A stretch of DNA of 64,000 nt from Candidatus Kerfeldbacteria bacterium (GTDB lineage Bacteria > Patescibacteriota > Patescibacteriia > SBBC01): NCBI GenBank assembly GCA_016207275.1, contig JACQPY010000007.1, positions 10,265-74,264 on the forward strand, read 5' to 3'. The notes beneath the pieces were generated by a model. That model was given only the letters and a program-made list of their open reading frames with translations. It was not told where the DNA came from and did not search any database. Below, piece by piece: positions 55,400-64,000 of this stretch. The stretch's first letter is position 1, and every line of letters begins with the position of its first letter. The position numbers and the translations under genes were made by a program.

Positions 55400-57082
55400 T
55401 TGGGTCGGAGGCGACGATGTCTTGGCTCACTGCCGTCGTGGCGGTATACTTTTAGTATGCCGTCGTTCGTGACTCGGGTCCGGTCGTGGTATCGTGCCCA
55501 CGGGAGTTGGGTTGGCTACCTAATTGTCTTTTCGTTGGCCTTTATTTTGTTCGCCTATTGGCAGCACCTGCCGCTGTACGCTGATCCCGACTCGTTCTAC
55601 CATGCCAAATTGGCCGTCCTGCTGCGTGACGGTCAATTCGTGACTGACTTTGCCTGGTTGCCGTTTACGACGCTCGCCCAGACCTACGCTGATCAGCACT
55701 TTCTTTACCATCTGTTGCTCGTGCCGTTCGTGAGCCTGACTGACCCGCTGATTGGGTTAAAGTTGGCGACGGTCGTCCTCGGCGCCTTGATGGCGTTGAC
55801 GTTCTACTGGTTTCTCCGCCGCTGGCAGATTCCCTGGGCCTTGGCCACGACGGTAGTTTTGTTGCTGGTCAACCCGTTCAGTTTTCGGATGAACCTGGCC
55901 AAAGCCTCGAGCCTATCGCTGACCTTGTTGCTGATCGGGATCGCCGCCGCCTTTGCCTACCGACCGTGGGTTCTTGGTCTATTGGCCTTTTGCTACGTCT
56001 GGTTCTACGGCGGCTTCCCGCTGCTCGTGGTGGCGACGCTGACGTTCGCGGTGGTCAGCTATCTGCATAAGCGATTCGTTCGGCGTGAAAATCCGAACCT
56101 GTTGCTCCACCGCATCCGCGCCCTCCTGGGACGCCTGTTTCGGCACCGACGGGTTCGCCGTCTTAACCTGCGTATGGCGGTCGCGGTGCTGGCCGGAACC
56201 GGCCTGGGGATTGTGCTCAATCCCTTTTTTCCGGCTAACCTCCGATTCTACCTTGACCAATTTGTTCGCATCGGGATCGTCAACTATCAGAAAACAATCG
56301 GCGTCGGCGGTGAATGGTATCCGTACGGCTTTATTGATTTGATGGCTAACACGGTTTTGGTTTCGATTCCGCTGGTGATCACCATCGTTTTGTTTTTCTT
56401 AAACTGGCGGAAACAGAGCACCCGCTCGATCACCCTGGCCTTACTATGGTTGTTCTTTTTTCTGCTGACGCTCAAGTCGCGCCGCTACGTCGAGTACTAC
56501 GTGCCGTTCGCCTTGCTGTTCGTTGCGTTTTCGCTCCACGATTCACTTCGCCACGTCCGCTTCCGTGACCTCTGGTTTCGGGTGCGGGCCTGGTTTTTAC
56601 GGAGCGGTTGGGCCCGAATCGGCATCGTCGCCTTTGCCACCTACGTCGCCATCGTGCTGCCGACCGTCGTGGTCCGCGACTTGGTGAGTGAGCGACGAGA
56701 TCTCGCCCATGGTTTTCGACTCGACTTGTTTGCCGACGAGAGCCGCTGGATCGCCGAACACAGTCACCCCGGGGCGGTCGTCTTTCACAGCGACTGGGAT
56801 GAATTTCCTACGCTGTTCTACTTCAACAGCTACAACCGTTATATTGCCGGTCTTGATCCGACCTTTTTGTACTTAGAAGATCCAACGCGCTACCGGCAGT
56901 GGGCCAACGTGACGCTCGGCAAGGAAACCGGCGATGTCTATGAGATTATTCGCGGCAGTTTTAATGCCGATTTTGTGTTTGTCGAGCACGACCACCAGGC
57001 GATGGATCGCTTGATTGCGGCCGACGATCGGTTCTCGTTGGTCTACGACGGGCCGGATGCCAAGGTTTACCAGGTTGATTGA
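55400..57082 (+). CDS. GT-C-like polytopic membrane glycosyltransferase (ArnT/PMT-like loop)
   Basis: YADPDSFYHAKLAVLLRDGQF first-loop motif. More than 12 TM segments. The start may be the ATG at about 55457 (MPSFV). Confidence 0.5.
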   Translation: MGRRRRCLGSLPSWRYTFSMPSFVTRVRSWYRAHGSWVGYLIVFSLAFILFAYWQHLPLYADPDSFYHAKLAVLLRDGQFVTDFAWLPFTTLAQTYADQHFLYHLLLVPFVSLTDPLIGLKLATVVLGALMALTFYWFLRRWQIPWALATTVVLLLVNPFSFRMNLAKASSLSLTLLLIGIAAAFAYRPWVLGLLAFCYVWFYGGFPLLVVATLTFAVVSYLHKRFVRRENPNLLLHRIRALLGRLFRHRRVRRLNLRMAVAVLAGTGLGIVLNPFFPANLRFYLDQFVRIGIVNYQKTIGVGGEWYPYGFIDLMANTVLVSIPLVITIVLFFLNWRKQSTRSITLALLWLFFFLLTLKSRRYVEYYVPFALLFVAFSLHDSLRHVRFRDLWFRVRAWFLRSGWARIGIVAFATYVAIVLPTVVVRDLVSERRDLAHGFRLDLFADESRWIAEHSHPGAVVFHSDWDEFPTLFYFNSYNRYIAGLDPTFLYLEDPTRYRQWANVTLGKETGDVYEIIRGSFNADFVFVEHDHQAMDRLIAADDRFSLVYDGPDAKVYQVD

Positions 57083-57089
57083 GCGGCCG

Positions 57090-57734
57090 ATGATTTCCGA
57101 TGACCAGCTGCGGGCGCGTCACCAGGCGGTCCCGCCTGATTACTACGACCGCGGCGTGCGGATCAACGCCTGGCAGCGTGTCTGGCACGAGCGTCGCCGT
57201 CCAATTGTGGAACGATTGCTGATCGGCCGCGGTGGCCGCTTGCTCGACGTCGGCTGCCACGGTGGGTACCTGACGCGGATTATTGCCCAGGCCAGTCGGG
57301 CGGCGGTTACCGGCATCGACATTTCGCCGCCAGCGGTGGCCTACGCCCGGGCGTACGTCCCAGCCGCCCAGTTCGTCGTTGGCGACATCCAGGACGGCCT
57401 GCCGTTTCCCGACGGCAACTTTGAGACGGTGACGGCTTTTGATGTACTCGAGCACGTGCCGCGCCTGGAGTCGGTACTGCGTGAAGTTCACCGCGTGCTC
57501 GCGCCGGGCGGGTTATTTGTAATTGGCGTACCGCGCGAGACGCGGCTGTGGCGTTTGGTGTGGACACTGTGGGTCAAATCGCGCGGCGCAGTCTGGCACG
57601 ACGTCCACGTCCATAAATTCACGCCCGAACGACTGTCTGAGGTGATTACCGCTCAAGGGTTCGGCGAGCGTCAACGCGTGGTATCGCACTGGGGAATGTA
57701 CAGCGTCTTAACGTTTGAACGAGCAAAAAGATGA
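57090..57734 (+). CDS. Class I SAM-dependent methyltransferase
   Basis: LLDVGCHGGYL motif I. VLAPGGLFVIGVP. Confidence 0.7.
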   Translation: MISDDQLRARHQAVPPDYYDRGVRINAWQRVWHERRRPIVERLLIGRGGRLLDVGCHGGYLTRIIAQASRAAVTGIDISPPAVAYARAYVPAAQFVVGDIQDGLPFPDGNFETVTAFDVLEHVPRLESVLREVHRVLAPGGLFVIGVPRETRLWRLVWTLWVKSRGAVWHDVHVHKFTPERLSEVITAQGFGERQRVVSHWGMYSVLTFERAKR

Positions 57735-58999
57735 TTGGCCTGGATGCGCTGCTGCTGTTTGTCTTGGTCTTGAAAACGGTTTCGCTCTTTACCCTGCGAA
57801 CCTCTGCCTACTTGTTCGCCTTACCGGATAACTACTTGGTGTTTTCGATTGTTCCCTTGCTGGTGCTCGCTGGGTATGTTGCCGTGAGTGCTCTCCGGCC
57901 GGCTCAGCGCAGCTGGAACGTACGCTTTGGCGCTGTCGTGCTGCTGGGCGTGTTCTTGGTCGGGTCACTATTTGGACTACAGCTGTTCGCCCGCCGCAAC
58001 AGCCTGCCGTACTTGTTCATCCACGACGGCGCAGTGCAGGCTGAAGATGCCATCGCTGCGCTTCGCCAGGGCCAGAATCCCTACACGATTGATTACCGTG
58101 AACGGACATTCGGCGCTTTCCCCGACGGCTTTTCCGAGGCCACCCGGCCGAACCCAGCCTGGACGCACCACATTTACTTGCCCTTGCAGTTGCTGCTCGG
58201 CTTACCGATTGCCATCGTGAGTGAAGTGTTGTGGGATTGGTTTGATATACGACTGCTGTACGCATTATCGTTCGCGCTTCTCATTATCTGTACGGCGCTG
58301 CTGAGCAAAAACCTGGAGCGCCGGTTACTCGTCCTGATACTCGGTCTATTCAATCCGCTTTTCCTACCGTTTTTTGCGGCCGGATTTAATGATGTATTTT
58401 TTCTCGGCTGGATCGCGCTCGGGGCCCTCCTGTTGCAGCGAAGACGATTTACCTTGGCCGGATTGGCGCTTGGTTTTGCCTTTGCCAGTAAGCAGTCAGC
58501 CTGGTTTCTCCTGCCGTTCTACGCGGCTTACGTCTACGCTACGGCTGGCGGACCGCGTCGGTGGTGGGTCGCGGCACGTCGGCTGCTGCCGGCGGTGCTG
58601 GTGACCGCCGTGGTGATCGCGCCGTTCTTTGCTTGGTCGCCGGCCGACTTTATTGACGACACGATTCGCTACGGTACGGGCAGTGCCGAGCTGAGTTACC
58701 CGATTTCCGGATTCGGCCTCAGTCAGCTGATGCTGGCGTCCGGCGTCATTCGCTCGTCGTGGGATTATTATCCGTTCTGGATTTTCCAGGTGATCGTCGG
58801 CCTGCCGCTGTTGGCGGTGTTGATCCGCCGGCAACGGCGAGATCCGTCGGTCAGCCAGATGCTGACCTCATTCGGGCTGCTGGCTTTTGCCTTGTGGTTC
58901 GTGTCGCGTTTTTTCAACGACAGCTACGTTGGTGTGCTGTCAGTCGTGTTCTTGCTGGCTTACGCCGCTCAGGAGCCAGCCCGAGAAAACAATGTTTAG
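57731..58999 (+). CDS. Polytopic membrane protein, probable GT-C mannosyltransferase (DUF2029/GT87-like), paralog A
   Basis: NPLFLPFFAAGFND...ASKQSAWF, shared with paralog B. Confidence 0.5.
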   Translation: MIGLDALLLFVLVLKTVSLFTLRTSAYLFALPDNYLVFSIVPLLVLAGYVAVSALRPAQRSWNVRFGAVVLLGVFLVGSLFGLQLFARRNSLPYLFIHDGAVQAEDAIAALRQGQNPYTIDYRERTFGAFPDGFSEATRPNPAWTHHIYLPLQLLLGLPIAIVSEVLWDWFDIRLLYALSFALLIICTALLSKNLERRLLVLILGLFNPLFLPFFAAGFNDVFFLGWIALGALLLQRRRFTLAGLALGFAFASKQSAWFLLPFYAAYVYATAGGPRRWWVAARRLLPAVLVTAVVIAPFFAWSPADFIDDTIRYGTGSAELSYPISGFGLSQLMLASGVIRSSWDYYPFWIFQVIVGLPLLAVLIRRQRRDPSVSQMLTSFGLLAFALWFVSRFFNDSYVGVLSVVFLLAYAAQEPARENNV

Positions 59000-60293
59000 G
59001 GCCGCGGTTAGCTTTTTTTCACCGCTTACTGAGCGTTTGAGGTTATACTCGCCTCGTTCGTGGGTTCTGGTTTTGTTGGGGCCAACCTTTATGGCGCTTG
59101 CTCGACCGTACATCCGTGTTGGGCAGTGGGGAATTATCATCCTGACGCTGCCGTTGTTGGTCGCGCTGATTATAAGCTTGGTCGATGATCTAACGAAAAA
59201 GACTCGGCCTGGATCGTGGACGGTGGCGATAGTTGTTTTTTGGATCGCAGCACTGTGCCTGGTTAATCTGGTGACGCTCCCGAAACAGTCAATGGATGAA
59301 GTGTTGCTGACCGAAGAAGCTCAACGCGGGTTAGTCCACGGACTCAATCCGTACCAGCGCAACTTTCAAGGAACCATATTCGACCAGTGGCGCGGCGATC
59401 TGCGACCCTTTGGCGGCATTCATCCGGCAACTGAGCACTACGTCTACTTTCCGGGTCAGATCGTGATGAGTTTACCCTTTTTCGCATCGTTGACGGCGAC
59501 TGGCTGGTACGATCAACGGATTGTCTATTTTACAGCCTATTTCGCTTTACTGCTGGTAATCTGGATGAACTTGCGTGGATCAGCAAACCGCGAAGCGCTG
59601 GTGTTGGCATTTGCACTGAATCCCTTTTTTGTTTTCTTGTTCTACGGCTTCAATGACCTGATGGTGCTGTTTCTCTTCGCCGCCGGTAGCTTTTGCTTTG
59701 CCCGCAGTCGATGGGGTCTGGGGGCAGTATTTTTCGGGGCGGCGGTCGCCACTAAACAGACGGCGCTGATTACGGTTGCGTTTATGCTGCTGTGGCTCTG
59801 GTTTTCACCGGCCGTTTCACGTCGGTCTCGGATACGGGCGTCGCTAATCGTCGTTGGTATGGCGGCGGTTATCATCGGTCCGTTCGTGCTGTGGTCTCCA
59901 TCCGCCTTCACCGAAGACACGATCGATTTCTTTACATCGGGGATGGGAACGACTACCCCTGGTGAGGGTTTCGGTAAATTGCTGATGCTGGCCGGCTGGC
60001 ACAATGCAACAGCGTCACCCTTACGCCGATTGGTGGAACTGGCGATAGTTTTCTCCATTATTGTCTGGCTGGCTGGTTGGGTTATTCGCCGGCCGTCACT
60101 CTACCGTGCGATCTTGGCCGGCGCAATCGGCTTAGCCGCTATCTGGTTTTTCTCGTCGTATTTTTTGCCGGCGCATGCCGGAGTAGTTCTCATTTTAATA
60201 ACGCTGGCGTATCTTATTAATGAAGTTGAAGGACGAGCGACCTCGCTCGGCACTTCAGCGGTTAGCGCCGGGTCTAAGATTCAACCGTCATAA
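58992..60293 (+). CDS. Polytopic membrane protein, probable GT-C mannosyltransferase, paralog B
   Basis: NPFFVFLFYGFND...ATKQTALI. Start at the ATG at 58992, overlapping the upstream stop by 8 nt. Confidence 0.5.
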   Translation: MFRAAVSFFSPLTERLRLYSPRSWVLVLLGPTFMALARPYIRVGQWGIIILTLPLLVALIISLVDDLTKKTRPGSWTVAIVVFWIAALCLVNLVTLPKQSMDEVLLTEEAQRGLVHGLNPYQRNFQGTIFDQWRGDLRPFGGIHPATEHYVYFPGQIVMSLPFFASLTATGWYDQRIVYFTAYFALLLVIWMNLRGSANREALVLAFALNPFFVFLFYGFNDLMVLFLFAAGSFCFARSRWGLGAVFFGAAVATKQTALITVAFMLLWLWFSPAVSRRSRIRASLIVVGMAAVIIGPFVLWSPSAFTEDTIDFFTSGMGTTTPGEGFGKLLMLAGWHNATASPLRRLVELAIVFSIIVWLAGWVIRRPSLYRAILAGAIGLAAIWFFSSYFLPAHAGVVLILITLAYLINEVEGRATSLGTSAVSAGSKIQPS

Positions 60294-60295
60294 TC

Positions 60296-60952
60296 ATGCC
60301 TCGTTCAAAGTTCACCACGCCCGTGCCCGAAACGCTGACCGAGACGTTTCAGTTGGCAAACAAACGTTTCTACCGGGAAGAAGAGGATTACGACTGGGTA
60401 CGCGCGACCGACCGCCTGGTGGGCGTTGAGAGCATTTTTCACAAGTTCCGCGAGCGGACAGTGCGGAAGTTGATCGGACGGTATGGAAGGCCTGGCCAGT
60501 ATCTTGACGCTGGCTGCGGCAGCGGGTTGTTTTTACGACACTTGCCGCCGGGATCGGTGGGACTGGATATAAACCCGCGAAACATCGATCGTGCCCGGCA
60601 GCACGCACCGCACGCCGAGCCGGTGCTCGGTGACATTGAGGCCATGCCGTTCCCTGATGGTACTTTTTCTACCGTCGTCTTGACCGAGGTGATTGAACAC
60701 CTTCCCGATCCGCGACCGGCACTGAGAGAGGTGATGCGCGTAATCACATCGGCCGGAATTGTAATTGGCTCGACCCCGCGACGGAGTATCTTTTGGAAAC
60801 TACGCGGCTTGAGCAGTACATGTCCAGGTGAACCGTTTCACCGCGAGTTTAGCCGTCAGGAGCTATACCAATTGTTAGCGGCTTTTGGTCGGCCGACTGT
60901 CGCCATGAAACATTTCGGCATGACTTGGGCGTTCACGCTTCAGCGGCGATGA
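60296..60952 (+). CDS. Class I SAM-dependent methyltransferase (second)
   Basis: YLDAGCGSGLFL. DGTFSTVVLTEVIEHLPDP. Confidence 0.7.
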   Translation: MPRSKFTTPVPETLTETFQLANKRFYREEEDYDWVRATDRLVGVESIFHKFRERTVRKLIGRYGRPGQYLDAGCGSGLFLRHLPPGSVGLDINPRNIDRARQHAPHAEPVLGDIEAMPFPDGTFSTVVLTEVIEHLPDPRPALREVMRVITSAGIVIGSTPRRSIFWKLRGLSSTCPGEPFHREFSRQELYQLLAAFGRPTVAMKHFGMTWAFTLQRR

Positions 60953-62181
60953 CCCGCATCTGGCCGGCGGTATTTACGGTCGTGGTAGCGACGAGCATCC
61001 TCGTCGTCGTGGCCGGACTTAGTCGTGAACTCCCGCCGCACGCCCGGCAACCCCTAACCACGCTCGTTCAGGATGACTACGAGCTGGCCGTCTTCTACAA
61101 CCGGACTGACTTCGTTCGCCGCGGTGAGCTGCCGTACGTCGGGGAAACGATTGCGTACCCCCTGCTCGGCGTTGTGTACGTAATGTTGCCTCGGTTATTT
61201 GGTACGGACTTTGCCGACTACCGCACGGGGTTGGTCCTGCAGAACGTAATCGTCACGGTGTTGCTGATGCTGGTTACCGCCCGCTTGCTTCGGCAGTTAG
61301 GACGGCCGCGGCACTGGCTGTGGCTGCTGGCGCTGCCCGGCTTCCTGTATTTTGCCTTGTACCGCTACGATGTATTTCCGGCGCTGCTCGTGGTCGTGGC
61401 TTTTCTGTGTCTATTCTCGCGGCGCTACGGGCCAGCCTTCATTACCCTCGGCATCGCAGTGCTCGCTAAGGGTTACCCGATCGTACTTTTTCCCATTATG
61501 TTTGCCTACTGTGGTCAGGAAAAAGGTCAGTACCCAAACCCGCTTTTCAATCGCTACGTCTTTATGACGCTGGCCCCATCAGCGGTGGTACTGGCGGCGA
61601 TGAGCTGGGCGGCCGGAATTGAGAAGGCACTTTTTCCGTATCTATTTCAGACCAGTCGGCAGATCGACCACGGGACGATCTACCTCTGGTACGCTGAGTG
61701 GTTTCGGCAACACCTGACGAGGCCAACGTGGAACTTATTGAACATGGTGTTTTTGAAGATGTTAGCCTTACTTCAGGTCGTTCTACCACTCAGCATCTAC
61801 CTTGGTCATCGGTATTTCAGCCGGCTGATTCGTTACCCCCGTGATGTGGTTGTCTGGTCAGTCTTGACCTTACTACTGTTCATTCAATTTTTCCCCTACC
61901 ACTCACCACAGTGGTTCATTTGGATCCTGCCGCTGCTCGTACTGGTTATTGAGACGCGCGCCCAACTGGCAGTGGTGATCAGCTACGGCCTCGTCACCTA
62001 CCTGCAGTTTCCGGTGGCCTTCAACTACTTCGGCTATGATTCGTTGGTCCACGGCGGCATCGTCATGCTGCGGACCACGCTTCACCTCAGTCTATTCGTC
62101 TTGCTGGCGCGGGAATTTATCAGTGGTCAGCGCCGCGATCGTGGTATGCTGAGCGCATACCATCAGGAGTCGCCGCGATGA
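60925..62181 (+). CDS. Polytopic membrane protein, probable GT-C glycosyltransferase, paralog C
   Basis: More than 10 TM segments. YRYDVFP...SRRYG...LAKGYP pattern similar to paralogs A and B. Confidence 0.45.
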   Translation: MGVHASAAMTRIWPAVFTVVVATSILVVVAGLSRELPPHARQPLTTLVQDDYELAVFYNRTDFVRRGELPYVGETIAYPLLGVVYVMLPRLFGTDFADYRTGLVLQNVIVTVLLMLVTARLLRQLGRPRHWLWLLALPGFLYFALYRYDVFPALLVVVAFLCLFSRRYGPAFITLGIAVLAKGYPIVLFPIMFAYCGQEKGQYPNPLFNRYVFMTLAPSAVVLAAMSWAAGIEKALFPYLFQTSRQIDHGTIYLWYAEWFRQHLTRPTWNLLNMVFLKMLALLQVVLPLSIYLGHRYFSRLIRYPRDVVVWSVLTLLLFIQFFPYHSPQWFIWILPLLVLVIETRAQLAVVISYGLVTYLQFPVAFNYFGYDSLVHGGIVMLRTTLHLSLFVLLAREFISGQRRDRGMLSAYHQESPR

Positions 62182-62864
62182 CACCCCAGGCATCAGTCGT
62201 TCTCCCGACCTACAATGAGGCAGCTAATCTCAGCGAGCTAATTCCTCGGCTGGCGGCGCTCAAGGGCGGTATAGAAATCGTGGTGGTCGACGACGGCTCG
62301 CCCGACGGCACTGAGCAGGTGGCCAACCATTTGGCCGGCCACTACCCGGTCCGCGTGCTTCAACGAGGCACCAAGCGCGGCCTCGCTTCGGCCGTGATCG
62401 ACGGCGTTCAGGCTGCCCGGGCGCCGATTGTGGTGGTAATGGATGCTGACCAGTCGCACGACGAGCAGATTATTCCCCAGCTGGTTACGGCGGTTGAAGC
62501 CGGCAGTCAGGTAGCCATCGGCTCGCGGTTTGCTTCGGGCGGGTCAACTGAAGATGCAGTCATCCGGCGTTTTTTTAGCTGGTGCGCAAAGCAAGTTGCC
62601 CGACTGGTGCTTGACGTCCGGATACAGGATCCGATGAGCGGCTTCTTTGCCATGCGCCGCGATGATTTTCTTCGCCTCGCACCACAGCTCAAACCGCGCG
62701 GGTTTAAGATTTTACTTGAGCTACTGGTCCGCCTGAAACCAGCGAAGGTGACTGAAGTTGGTTTCCGCTTCAAGAGTCGGCAGAAAGGAGAGAGCAAGCT
62801 GACCGGCAAGATTGCTTTGGAGTACTTTCGAATGATTTTCGAATTATGGCGAGCGCGACACTGA
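62178..62864 (+). CDS. GT2 polyprenol-phosphate mannose synthase (Ppm1/DPM1-like)
   Basis: VVLPTYNEAANL, IVVVDDGSPDGT, and the DAD motif VMDADQSHD. Confidence 0.75.
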   Translation: MTPQASVVLPTYNEAANLSELIPRLAALKGGIEIVVVDDGSPDGTEQVANHLAGHYPVRVLQRGTKRGLASAVIDGVQAARAPIVVVMDADQSHDEQIIPQLVTAVEAGSQVAIGSRFASGGSTEDAVIRRFFSWCAKQVARLVLDVRIQDPMSGFFAMRRDDFLRLAPQLKPRGFKILLELLVRLKPAKVTEVGFRFKSRQKGESKLTGKIALEYFRMIFELWRARH

Positions 62865-64000
62865 GCAACGGCGACCGATGGCGCGGGGCAGCTGCGGTTG
62901 GCCTATGCCTGGTTATTTTGGTTGGTTTCTGGTCAGTCGGCGCGAGCAAAGATTTTTGGTACGATGAGCAATTCGTTAGAACACTGGTTGACCAACCGAT
63001 GACCGAAACAATCAAGCTCCTGAAGTTCGAAAATAGTCCGCCATTTACTTTTGCGGTCGTTTACTGGTGGGAAAAGTTGGTAGGTAGCAGTGAGGTAGCC
63101 CTCCGCGTGCTGTCGCTCGGGCCGACGTTGTTGGGGATTGTTGTTTTGTCTCGGTTTGCTCGGGCGGCTTTTGGTCGGACCAGCGGATTGGTCGTGGCCG
63201 GGTTGGCGAGCGTAGCCAGCCTGGCGGTGACGCAGGCCCTGGAACTGCGAATGTACCCGTGGGTGCTGCTGTGGTCGACCTCAGCTCTGTTCCTGGTACA
63301 TCAGTACGCGTCCAAACCTCGAGCGACAGCATTGATCGCGCTGACCGTAGTTCACGTTCTCGGCTTGTACACGCACTACACGTACGTCGTAGTCGTCGTG
63401 GCGAGCGGCGTGTGGTTGTGGTGGGGAGCAAGAGTACAGCGTCGAGCAATTGCGCTGCACGCTGCGGTAGTCGCAGTGTTATTTTTGCCATGGGTCCTTT
63501 ACTCACTGGTACCAATTGCCCAACATTGGACGACAAGCCTTGGCGTCCAGCAGGACCGGAACCTGCTGGCGATCGCCCTGTTCCCGCTCCGCCTGTTTGC
63601 CATGCCGCTGTTTGGTGAACCGAACTGGCTGACCGTCGTTCGCTTCATGGTCGCGGCGATAATCGGACTAGGCATTTTGTGGTCATTGCGGCTCCTGTTG
63701 CGGCCAACCGACGATCGTAGCGTTGTGGTTCTGCGGTGGCTATTCGGCCTGGTCGTCGGCGGACTGCTGGTACTGGCCCTGGCTGGATTTTCCGATCCAA
63801 AGTACGCGACCGTGTTGGTGCCAGCCGTTATTGCGGTGGTCGCTGTTGGCTTAGTACGGCTACCGCTGCCAGGAGCCGTTCGGGCAGTGTTGATAGTTTT
63901 AGCGGTGGTCGGCGAGCTCGTCGTCAGCTACGCGCACGCTCGCGCGCCGCTGGTGACGTACCGCGAGGCAACCGCAGTGGTTGAGCGCGTGGGACAGACC
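62846..64000 (+). CDS. ArnT/PMT-family GT-C glycosyltransferase, 3' partial (runs off the window). It is absent from the ORF track.
   Basis: The frame is open from the ATG at 62846 to 64000. KDFWYDEQFVRTL first-loop motif. Multiple TM segments. Confidence 0.55.
   Translation, partial: MASATLSNGDRWRGAAAVGLCLVILVGFWSVGASKDFWYDEQFVRTLVDQPMTETIKLLKFENSPPFTFAVVYWWEKLVGSSEVALRVLSLGPTLLGIVVLSRFARAAFGRTSGLVVAGLASVASLAVTQALELRMYPWVLLWSTSALFLVHQYASKPRATALIALTVVHVLGLYTHYTYVVVVVASGVWLWWGARVQRRAIALHAAVVAVLFLPWVLYSLVPIAQHWTTSLGVQQDRNLLAIALFPLRLFAMPLFGEPNWLTVVRFMVAAIIGLGILWSLRLLLRPTDDRSVVVLRWLFGLVVGGLLVLALAGFSDPKYATVLVPAVIAVVAVGLVRLPLPGAVRAVLIVLAVVGELVVSYAHARAPLVTYREATAVVERVGQT

Noticed and set aside
1-64000. 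CRISPR array or cas operon
   Set aside because: No regularly spaced direct repeats with unique spacers were seen. The palindromic elements are dispersed singletons or tandem pairs, not arrays.

Overview
This is a roughly 60% GC bacterial chromosomal segment, with coding mostly on the minus strand and many 4-bp start/stop overlaps.

Contents, left to right:
- 1.6-6.8 kb: an O-antigen-like envelope cluster (two Wzy/WaaL-like ligases, a GT4 glycosyltransferase, a Wzx flippase).
- 7-13 kb: SpoIID/LytB-domain protein, ruvB, a VanW-family protein and Hsp20.
- 13.4-16.8 kb: a tRNA-Glu locus with insertion scars (a GIY-YIG ORF flanked by 12-bp direct repeats, plus an orphan tRNA 3' fragment) and a lower-GC islet holding a TrmB-like regulator and small proteins.
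- 19-20.8 kb: a phosphoribosyltransferase and tsaD.
- 20.8-26.1 kb: a Cas4-like Fe-S nuclease, an M16-like protein (HxxDH), a DEDD exonuclease and a PP-loop-like zinc-ribbon protein in a lower-GC patch.
- 26.6-29.2 kb: valS, preceded by a T-box-like leader.
- 29.2-29.8 kb: a ~600-bp insertion into the 3' end of a CsoR/RcnR-family gene, bounded by a duplicated gene end.
- 30-35.8 kb: pilB/gspE, tsaE and yidC-yidD-rnpA-rpmH.
- 35.8-39 kb: the replication-origin region (DnaA boxes, dnaA, dnaN, dciA).
- 39-43 kb: PBP1A and tyrS.
- 43.2-52.9 kb: a seven-gene co-directional alpha-glucan operon (GH15; GlgA; GH57; GH57 fused to a UVR motif; a tandem APH-like kinase; GlgA; GalT-like).
- 52.9-55.4 kb: ruvC-yebC and a PGI/PMI.
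- 55.4-64 kb: a modular cluster of polytopic GT-C-like membrane proteins alternating with SAM methyltransferases, ending in a Ppm1-like GT2 and an ArnT-like gene that runs off the window.

The strongest non-gene signal is a dispersed family of GC-rich palindromes (CCCCTCCT-loop-AGGAGGGG and variants). They lie at gene ends and intergenic sites, and sit in-frame inside tsaD and valS, where they encode Gly/Arg-rich loop insertions.

Candidates for an undescribed system:
- the DEDD exonuclease plus PP-loop/zinc-ribbon pair with its 50-nt hairpin;
- the Cas4-like nuclease pair;
- the palindromic element family.

No CRISPR array and no rRNA were seen. Every call is from reading the sequence by eye and from memory of protein motifs; no searches were run.
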